A stretch of 64,000 nucleotides of DNA from an uncultured Gemmataceae bacterium (lineage in GTDB: Bacteria > Planctomycetota > Planctomycetia > Gemmatales > Gemmataceae). Of the stretch, positions 1 to 11,300 are shown in pieces. The stretch covers positions 544,001 through 608,000 of the forward strand of contig CAVVPN010000011.1 of assembly GCA_963750165.1 (NCBI GenBank), given 5' to 3'. The position numbers were made by a program, and so were the translations under genes. How positions within the stretch are numbered: the stretch's first letter is position 1; each line of letters begins with the position of its first letter. The notes below the pieces were generated by a model. That model was not told the origin of the DNA, did not search any database, and saw only the letters and a program-made list of their open reading frames with translations.

Positions 1-651
1 GACGGGGCGCGGGCGCTGGTGGCGTGAATCGTGCTCCGGATTGGACCGGAGAGAACCCCGATTATGTTTCGCGCGGATCGCAAGCCGCGCGAAACATAAT
101 CGGGGTTCTCCGTTGACGGGGCTCTACGCTTCGCCTTCCACCCAACGTCCGGATGCGTTACACTTCGCCGAAGACCCTGACCCGTGGAGGGATTTTCGCA
201 TGTCGAGCACGAAGCCCCGCGCCCTGCTGCGCATCGAGTACGAGGAGGCCGCGGAGGCTTACCTGCGCAGCCTGCCAGCGGAGCACCACATGGAAGCGTT
301 CGCTCAGTCCACCCAGCGCAAGATCACGACCACGAGCATGGACACCGTCCGCGTTCATCGTCCCGAAGTTCAGACCTTCAGCGAACTGTTGGTGCAGTAC
401 CCGCTGCCGGGCGTCCCGCGGCCCCATCAGGTGGTGCCCGACAACATGGTCGTGCTGTGGCCCGAACCGATCCGGGTGAGCGGCAGTTTCGACTTGCCCT
501 TCCAGCCGGCCCCGCCGTTCCTGATGCTGGAGTATGTGTCCAAGGGCAGCAAGCGCAAGGACTACGAGGAGAATCTCGTCAAGTACGAGCGCGACCTGCA
601 GGTGCCCTACTACCTGATCTTCTACCCCGACGCCCAGGACTTGACACTGTA

Positions 652-3605
<2,954 letters not shown>

Positions 3606-3641
3606 CTAACATCATTCCGCCTGCAGAGATCGTCCAGCGCT

Positions 3642-3769
3642 CAGAGCGGTTCGCAAGCGCGTGGACCACCCCCCGTAGGACGGCTCTCCAGAGCCGTCTC
3701 CGAGACAAGGACGGCTCTGGAGAGCCGTCCCACAGGCTGTGCGCAAACCAAGTGTGAACCACTGCTCTG
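3642..3769. mobile_element. MITE-like repeat family A, copy 1 (terminal inverted repeats enclosing a REP doublet)
   Basis: Near-identical to 39245-39365. Ends gcggttcgca / tgtgaacc. Internal gtaggacggctctccagagccgtc...gacggctctggagagccgtcccac. Confidence 0.8.
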
Positions 3770-3852
3770 TAAATAGGCCGCATTCCTGATGGTACGTTCA
3801 GTGGTTGCGGCCATTTTCATGAACTCTGGGTGAACCCCAGTTCATGACGACT

Positions 3853-4881
3853 CTAACCCGGCACTCCCTCGATGACACTCACCTCGGTCGCCGTCGGCAC
3901 AATGCGCGTCAGGCGGAAGCCCGCCTTCTCGTACAGTTCGCGGTACTCCTGCTCCGTGCGCTCCTGGCCGCCGGGAATCACGAGCATGTTCACGTCCAGC
4001 CACTTGCCGAAGAACGGCTCGTTGCCCGGCGGGATGACGCACTCGACCAGCAGCAACTTCGCGGTCGCGGCCATCGCCTTGCGGCAGTGGCGCAGAATCG
4101 TCAGCGCCTGCTCGTCGTTCCAGTCGTGGATGATGTGCCGCATCAGGTAGGCGTCACGGCCGGGCGGCAGGTGGTCGAAGAAGCTGCCGGCGACGAGGGT
4201 GCAGCGCTGATCCAGGCCGGCGGCCTTCAGGTCCGCGCGCACGCGCTCCACCACGTCGGGCCGGTCGAACAGGACGCCCTCCAGGTTCGGGTGCCGCTCC
4301 AGCACCGCGGCCAGCAAACTGCCGTTGCCACCGCCCACGTCCACCAGAGTGCCGAACGCCGCGAAGTCGTAGGCGTCCAGCATGGCCTGCGTCTCGACGT
4401 TGTGGACACCCGTCATGGCGGCGTCAAAAATTTTGGCGGCGGTGGGATGCCGGGCCAGGTACGCGAAAATCGGCTGGCTGAACACCTTGTCGAACGCCGG
4501 CTGGCCGGTTTCCAGGCTGTAGAGCAACGCGCCCCAGGCACGGTAGTGCTCTTCGCCCATCATGATCGCCACGGGCCGCTGCGAGCCCGGCACGTCGCTG
4601 AGCAGGCAGGTCGCCAGCGGCGTCAGTCCGAAGGTGCCATCGGCGTGCTCGGTGAACACGTCCACGCTGGCCAGGGCGCGCAGCAAGCGGTACAGCGCCC
4701 GGGGATTGGTCCTCGTCGCCTCGGCCAGCTGGGCCGGCGTGCGCGGGCCGTTCTCGAGCTGGTCGGCGAGGCCGAGCAGGGCCGCCGCGTACAGGCCCTG
4801 GGCGACCCAGACGCCCGTCAACAGGTGCATCATTTGCTGCTGCGGCGGCGGCGTGACGGGGGTGTGCGCGGAGGTGGTCAT
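3853..4881 (-). CDS. SAM-dependent O-methyltransferase (dimerisation domain plus Methyltransf_2-like domain)
   Basis: LVDVGGGNG SAM motif, GSFFD and HIIHDW. ATG at 4881 after AGGAGA. Confidence 0.9.
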   Translation of the reverse strand: MTTSAHTPVTPPPQQQMMHLLTGVWVAQGLYAAALLGLADQLENGPRTPAQLAEATRTNPRALYRLLRALASVDVFTEHADGTFGLTPLATCLLSDVPGSQRPVAIMMGEEHYRAWGALLYSLETGQPAFDKVFSQPIFAYLARHPTAAKIFDAAMTGVHNVETQAMLDAYDFAAFGTLVDVGGGNGSLLAAVLERHPNLEGVLFDRPDVVERVRADLKAAGLDQRCTLVAGSFFDHLPPGRDAYLMRHIIHDWNDEQALTILRHCRKAMAATAKLLLVECVIPPGNEPFFGKWLDVNMLVIPGGQERTEQEYRELYEKAGFRLTRIVPTATEVSVIEGVPG

Positions 4882-4972
4882 GGTGCGTCTTCTCCTGTCG
4901 GTGCGGGCGGCTTGACATCGCCGCCCTGTTTGCCAGGATAGCAAGCGGGCCGATCATCTGCGAGGGCTGACC

Positions 4973-5866
4973 ATGAGCGCGGCGCTACTCGGGGCTTTGT
5001 GGTTATTGCTGACGCCGGAACCCGGCACGTGGGGCAGACATTCCTGTTTGCCGAACGCCTGGCAGACAGGAATGTCTGCCCCACGATTGCAAGCGGCGGA
5101 AAAAGATCAGCCGCGCTCGCACCCACGGCTGCCGAAGGAGCGGCCCGACGGCCGGCGCGAAAAGCTGTCGCTGGGCACGCTGTTCCTGCCGAAAGCGCTG
5201 CCGCTCAAGGGCGCGGTGCCGCTGCTGATCCACTTCCACGGCGGCGACTGGCTGGCGGAGGTGGCGGCGGCGCGGCAGGGCATGGCGGTGCTGACGGTGC
5301 AGCTCGGCAGCGGCTCCGCGGTCTACGGCAAGCCGTTCGCGGACCCGAAGCGCTTCGGCGAACTGCTGCGCGAGATCGAGACGAAGGCGAACCTTCGCGT
5401 CGGTGCCGTGACGCTGAGCGGCTGGAGCGCCGGCTATGGCGCCGTCCGAGCCATTCTGAAAACGCCGGACGGGTTCGCGCGCGTGCAGGGGGTGGTGCTG
5501 CTCGACGGCATGCACGCGGGCTACGCTGACAAGGACAAGAAACAGGTCGTCGCGGAGCACGTGGAGGTGTTTGTAAAGTTCGCGAAGGAAGCGGCGGCCG
5601 GCAAGAAGCGCATGCTCATCTCGCACAGCGAAATCGTGCCCGGCGCCTACGCCAGCACGACGGAGACGGCCGATTACCTGCTCGCGCAACTGGAACTGCC
5701 GCGCCAGGCCAGCCGGCACGTCGGGCCGGTGCGGATGCAGCAGCGCAGCGAAGCGCGGCGCGGCCGTCTGCTCGTCCTGGGCTTCGTCGGCGACGCTGCG
5801 CCGGATCACGTCGATCACCTGTACGCGCTGCCGGACTACTTGAAAACGTTGGCCCAACTCCCATAG
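4973..5866 (+). CDS. Secreted alpha/beta-hydrolase-like protein
   Basis: Hydrophobic N-terminal signal, IHFHGG, GWSAG nucleophile elbow, LLDGMH and a C-terminal DH. Confidence 0.65.
   Translation: MSAALLGALWLLLTPEPGTWGRHSCLPNAWQTGMSAPRLQAAEKDQPRSHPRLPKERPDGRREKLSLGTLFLPKALPLKGAVPLLIHFHGGDWLAEVAAARQGMAVLTVQLGSGSAVYGKPFADPKRFGELLREIETKANLRVGAVTLSGWSAGYGAVRAILKTPDGFARVQGVVLLDGMHAGYADKDKKQVVAEHVEVFVKFAKEAAAGKKRMLISHSEIVPGAYASTTETADYLLAQLELPRQASRHVGPVRMQQRSEARRGRLLVLGFVGDAAPDHVDHLYALPDYLKTLAQLP
5028..5085. repeat. REP-like palindromic doublet inside a coding sequence
   Basis: cgtggggcagacattcctgtttgcc - 8 nt - ggcagacaggaatgtctgccccacg (25-bp arms, 1 mismatch). Confidence 0.85.
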
Positions 5867-5926
5867 CAATAGCGGAGGGCTTCCTTCTTCGACGATGGCA
5901 CGCGGAACAGGGAGAACGCTACACTC

Positions 5927-6046
5927 TGTTGTGGCCTGGTCTCCGGACCAGGCCACGGGTTTGGACCGAAGGTCTCCCGAGTGCCAGGCGCAGGAAGAGG
6001 AGACCTTCGGTCGCAGAGGTGGCACGGTCGGGAGACCGGGCCACAA
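5927..6046. repeat. REP/REPIN-like composite repeat family B, copy 1
   Basis: tgtggcctggtctccggaccaggccac...gaccgaaggtctcc...ggagaccttcggtc...ggagaccgggccacaa. Homologous to 33194-33317. Confidence 0.85.
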
Positions 6047-6096
6047 AGCGGGGGATTGCTTCTTCGACGATGGCACGCGGAACAGGGAGAACGCTT

Positions 6097-8109
6097 GTGG
6101 GCCCGATCACGATGGTTTTCGGAGCAGTGCTGATCGCCCTCGGGGGCGTGGGCTTCGTCTCGACCGGGATGGAGCATCCGACGGCGTTGATCCCGGCGTA
6201 CTTCGGCCTGGCGCTGGCGCTGCTGGGCGGCCTGGCGCTGAAGGACCACCTGCGCAAGCACGCCATGCACCTGGCGGCAATGGTCGGCCTCGTCGGCTGT
6301 ATCGGCGGCCTGGTCATGGTCGTGCTGACGTTGACGAAGGGCGCGATCGAGCGGCCGGTGGCGTTCGGCATGCAGATCGGCATGGCTATCCTGTGCGCCG
6401 CGTTCGTCGGCCTGTGCGTCAAGTCGTTCATCGACGCCCGCCGCGCCCGCAAGCGCCGCGCGGCGGACTCCGCGGCCGAAACGCCGGCGCCGACGCCTGA
6501 CCCCACGGCCGCGGAAGCACCCATGAGCGACCAGCCGCCAGCCGTCAGCCGTCTGCCACCCGTCCCCAACGGCACCTCTGTCGTGTTCCTCCTGCTGCTG
6601 GCGTACAACTATTACGTCCCGTTCGCCGACCTCGATTACGCCTGGCAAATCCGCACCGGCGCCGAGATCGTCCGCAGCGGCGACCTGCGTCCAGCCGACA
6701 CGCTGACGTACACCATCGCAGGCACCCGGCCGCACGACTTCTGCTGGCTGTACGAGGTCGTCCTCTGGGCCGTCTGGAACGTCTTCGGCTACGGCGGCCT
6801 GAAACTGCTGAAAACGCTGCTGGTGCTGGCGCCGCTGCTGGTCGTGGTCTGGCACCTGCGCCGCCAGGGGGTGCGCTGGCACGGCCTTGCGCTGACCCTG
6901 GGCGTCGCGGTCGCGGCGCTGAGCAACCTCTGGAACCTGCGGCCGTTCTACTGCTCGACCGTTTGTCTGCTGCTGACCACCGCCTGGCTGCACGACCACT
7001 GCACCGGCCGCCGGCCGCTGCCGTGGCTGCTGGTGCCGCTGCTGGCGCTGGGCGCCAACTGTCACCCCAGTGTCATCATGAGCCAGGGGTTGCTCGTCGG
7101 GGCGGTCGGCTGGGAGTGGCTCAACGCCCGCCTGCGCTTGAACCCACCGCTGCCGCGGTCGGCCCTGTGGCGGTTGACCATGGTCGGCGTCCTCGGCGTG
7201 GCGGCGGGGTTTCTGAGCCCTGACCCGCTGGACCGCCTGCTGTACCCGTTCCGACCGGAGGTGCGCCACCCGATCATGCGCATCTTCACCGAAATGCAGC
7301 CGCTTTATCGATTCGCCGACACCCCCTGGGCGGTCGTGACCTACGCGGTGGCGGCCGTGACGGCGTTGACGGTCGTGCTGCGCTTCCGTCAGTATCGGCT
7401 CTGGGAAGTGGCCCTGCTCGTGGTCCTGGCGGTGCTGGCCAACACCGCCGTGCGCGCCCTGCAGGACTGGCTGCTGACCATGCTGCTGCTGAGCGTGCCG
7501 CATCTGGTGCTGCTGCTGCGTCGGGCGGCGGAGTATCGGCGGCGATCCCGTTTCGCCGCGCTGCTGCTGCGTGGCGATTGTCTGTGCAAGCGCGTCTGCC
7601 ACAGCCCGCTGTTCCGCTTCCAGCCGTTCTGGCCGCTGGCGGGCCTGGCGGTGCTGGCCGTGGTGTCGCTGACGCCGCCGTGGTGCTGGCGGGTGGAGCG
7701 GCAGGAGGGCGCTGAGCACCCGGCCGGGGCGGTCGCGTTCATCCAGGAGCGCGGCTATTTCGGCCGTTATTTCGCGCCGCCGAACTTCGGGGCCTATCTG
7801 TCGTGGAAGCTCGGCGACCGGGTCAAGGTATACGTGGACACGCGCGGCTTTTACTTCCCGCCGCAGTTGCTGGAGGACAGCGTTTACCTGCCGGCGCTGC
7901 ACGGCGACTGGCGCGAACGGCTCGACCGTGTGCTCGACACCTATCACACGGACTTTTTTTTCCTGGAGACGGACGGGGAACGCGGCAAACTGTGGTTGCT
8001 GCTCAAGCCCCACGTTCGCCACCCATTGTTCCTGGAAAAGGGCGAGAAGGTGGTGCTGCTCAGCCAGGAACAGGTGCGTGCGGCCGTGCGGATGTTGGAG
8101 CGGCGCTGA
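6097..8109 (+). CDS. Small 4-TM membrane protein (6097-~6500) in frame with a polytopic membrane protein, possibly GT-C-like (ATG at 6523)
   Basis: GTG at 6097 after GGGAGA. The second module begins ADLDYAWQIRTG...WLYEV, has many TM segments and a VYVDTR motif near the C-terminus. Confidence 0.6.
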   Translation: MGPITMVFGAVLIALGGVGFVSTGMEHPTALIPAYFGLALALLGGLALKDHLRKHAMHLAAMVGLVGCIGGLVMVVLTLTKGAIERPVAFGMQIGMAILCAAFVGLCVKSFIDARRARKRRAADSAAETPAPTPDPTAAEAPMSDQPPAVSRLPPVPNGTSVVFLLLLAYNYYVPFADLDYAWQIRTGAEIVRSGDLRPADTLTYTIAGTRPHDFCWLYEVVLWAVWNVFGYGGLKLLKTLLVLAPLLVVVWHLRRQGVRWHGLALTLGVAVAALSNLWNLRPFYCSTVCLLLTTAWLHDHCTGRRPLPWLLVPLLALGANCHPSVIMSQGLLVGAVGWEWLNARLRLNPPLPRSALWRLTMVGVLGVAAGFLSPDPLDRLLYPFRPEVRHPIMRIFTEMQPLYRFADTPWAVVTYAVAAVTALTVVLRFRQYRLWEVALLVVLAVLANTAVRALQDWLLTMLLLSVPHLVLLLRRAAEYRRRSRFAALLLRGDCLCKRVCHSPLFRFQPFWPLAGLAVLAVVSLTPPWCWRVERQEGAEHPAGAVAFIQERGYFGRYFAPPNFGAYLSWKLGDRVKVYVDTRGFYFPPQLLEDSVYLPALHGDWRERLDRVLDTYHTDFFFLETDGERGKLWLLLKPHVRHPLFLEKGEKVVLLSQEQVRAAVRMLERR

Positions 8110-8134
8110 CGCACGGGGCAGCAGTCTCCCACGG

Positions 8135-8280
8135 GCGGGTAGGGAATCCGCGCGTCCCCTGGGGCAATCAGGGGGGTCTGTGAAATGAAATGAAATGAAA
8201 CCATCCCTGGCCACCTTCTTTATTGTACCGCTCAGCCCGCTCCCGGGGAACTGCCCTGTGCCCGCGGCCAGGCCGTTCGG
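8135..8280 (-). repeat. Promoter-containing repeat family C, copy 1 (possible sRNA)
   Basis: The reverse complement aligns with 21613-21759. TTCCCC-N17-TACAAT is followed by aaagaaggtggccagggat...tttcatttcacagacccc. Confidence 0.75.
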
Positions 8281-8372
8281 GGTGCCCCCACCGGGGCTGG
8301 GAGGAAGAAGCAAACGCCCCTGAGCCCCAGACGCCGGCGCGGGCGGCCCTGCGCTGACTCCTGGGGCTGGGA

Positions 8373-11300
8373 TCAGGATGCGTCGCTCAGCGGTTCCTCC
8401 ACCTCACCGCCGAACACCTCCCGGAAGCCGCGCAGGTGCTCGGCAAGCAACTGCTTCAACTTCACACCCTGCACCTGCTCCTGATGCTGGAAGCGCAGCC
8501 GCAGCAGATCGCCCTGGCTGTGCGGCTTGATCTCCGGCCCAACGCCGAGCTTGTCCACCGCGCTCAGGTTGAACTGACCGCGTTTTCCCAGGAATCGACA
8601 ATCGAGGCTGTGCGGATCCTTGGTGCGCCACTGCGCCCAGCTGCGGCCGACGCCCGGCACCTTGATGGTGATGCTGTCGCGCGTCTCCCAGCGCACGGTC
8701 AGGCCCGGTTCGACCTCGCGCAGCACCTGGAGCAGGCTCGCCAGGACGCCGCGGTCCCAGTACACCTTGCGGCCGGGCGGGAAGCCCTTGTCGCCGAGGT
8801 GCCAGCGCTCACCGTTGACCTTCCACGGCATCACATCTTCTGGCTTCGTCCGCAGCCGCTTGAGGTTGTCGTTGAACTTCTGCACCGCTTCCTTGAGGAA
8901 TTGCTTGAACGCCGGCGTGTCGATCTCGCTGAGGCGGTGGACGAGCACGGCGACCTCCTGCCACGGCCCGCGGCGGTTGGCGACCTGCACGCGCGGCTCG
9001 CTGCCGTAGACCTCCAGGCCGGGCGTGTCGTTCAGTGGCGGGATGCCCAGGCTGCTGTTGAGTTCGTCCTGTTTGAAGCCGTTCTTGCCGACGCGGAACA
9101 CCAGCCGCACCAGCCATTCGCGGCCGGTCATGGCGTGCAGGAACCAGCCCTGCGTCTTCTGGGCCGCGGCGATCTCGATGACGGTGCGGTGGTTCCAGTT
9201 TGTCGCGCTGAAGGTGCCGAGCGCGTGGACCTGCTGGTCAATCCAGTCGATCAGCTGGCCCTCCCAGCGGGCCGGCTTGCCGTCGCTGGTGACGCGCAGT
9301 TCCGTGTGCCAGCGGCGACCGTCAGTCTCCCACGGCATCTTCGCGTCCTTGCCGACCGCCTCCAGCGGCACGTCGTCCTGTCGCTCCGCCGCCGCCCGGT
9401 GCGGGTCGAACTTGACGCGCTCCTGGTGCGGCCCCGCCTGCAAGATTTCCGCGAGGATGACGCCCGTATGCGACGCCGCGACCTGCGCCACCGTCTCCGG
9501 CGTCCCCTCGGCGACGATCCGGCCGCCGGCCGCACCGGCTTCGGGGCCGAGGTCGATCAGCCAGTCGGCTGTCTTGATCACGTCCAGGTTGTGCTCCACC
9601 ACGATGACGGTGTTGCCAAGATCGACCAGCCGGTTGAGCACGTCGAGCAGCTTGCGGATGTCGTCGAAGTGCAGGCCAGTGGTCGGCTCGTCGAGCAGGT
9701 AGACGGTGCGGCCGGTGTTGGGCCGGGCCAGTTCCGCCGCCAGCTTCACGCGCTGCGCCTCACCGCCCGACAGCGTCGGCGCCGCCTGCCCCAGCGCCAG
9801 GTAATCGAGGCCCACGTCGGCCAATGTCTGGAGCACGCGGCGAATCTTCGGGATGTTGCCGAATAACTCCAGCGCCTCGCGGACGCGCATGGTCAGCACG
9901 TCGGCGATGGTCTTGCCCTTGTAGCGCACCAGCAGCGTTTCGGGGTTGTAGCGCTGCCCCTGGCAGATGTCGCACTCCACCCACACATCCGGGAGGAAGT
10001 GCATCTCAATTTTTTTCTGACCGTTGCCCTCACACGCCTCGCAGCGGCCGCCGGGGGCGTTGAAGCTGAAGCGCTTGGCCTGGTAGCCGCGCACCTTCGA
10101 CTCCGGCAACTGGGCGAACAACTGGCGGATCAGGTCGAAAACGCCGGTGTAGGTCGCGGGGTTGGAACTCGGTGAGTTGCCGATGGGATCCTGATCGACG
10201 TTGATGACCTTGTCGATTTTTTCCAACCCGAGGATGGCGTCATGAGCGCCGACGAGCGTGCGCGCCCGGTGCAGTTTACGGGCGAGGCTGCTGTAGAGAA
10301 TCTCATGGACCAGCGACGACTTGCCCGAACCGCTGACGCCCGTGACGGCGATGAACGAGCCCAGCGGAAAGGCCACGTCAATGTCCTTGAGGTTGTTCTG
10401 CCGCGCCCCCTTGACGATCAGGGAATTAGCCACAGAGGACACAGAGGGCACAGAGGAAGAAGAGGAATTGGTTTTGTCTCCTTTGGTTTTTCTCTCTGTG
10501 TCCTCTGTGGCTAAGATTCGGCGATTGGTCGGCACCGGGATGGCCTTTTTGCCAGAGAGGTACTGGCCGGTCAGCGACGCCCTGGCGCGCTGCACCTGCT
10601 TCGGCGTGCCGGCCGCGGTGATCTCGCCGCCCTGGTCGCCGGCTCCTGGCCCGAAGTCCAGCAAATAATCCGCCGCGGCGATGACCTCGCGGTCGTGCTC
10701 CACCAGCAGCAGCGTGTTGCCAAGGTCGCGCAGGTGCGTCAGCGCTTTGAGCAAACGGCGGTTGTCACGCGGGTGCAGGCCGATGGTCGGCTCGTCCAGC
10801 ACGTAGAGCACGCCGGTCAGGCCGCTGCCGATCTGACTCGCCAGGCGGATGCGCTGCGACTCGCCGCCCGAGAGCGTCGGTGTCGGTCGGCTCAGCGTCA
10901 GGTAATCCAGGCCAACATCGACCAGGAACTGCGTGCGATTCGTGATCTCGCGCAGCAGCTCTCCCGCCACCTGCCGTTGCTCCTTCGACAGCTTGAGCGC
11001 CTTGAAAAGTTGCAGCGTTTGACCGAGCGGCAGGTCGCACAACTGGCCGAGCGTCTGGCCCTGGAAGCGGCACGCCGCCGCGTCGTCGCGCAACCGTGAG
11101 CCCTGGCAGGCGGAGCAGGGCACTTCGCTAACGACCTGATCGAGCTGGCTGCGGTATACGAAACTGACACGCGACGCCTCATCGACCGCCGGCAGCAGGC
11201 CCTTGTACTGGAACTTGACGGTCGGCCTGCCCTGGCTCGCGGCCGCCGGGTCGAGCGCAATCCACGCCTCACCGGTGCCGTGCAGGATGGCCCGCTGCTG

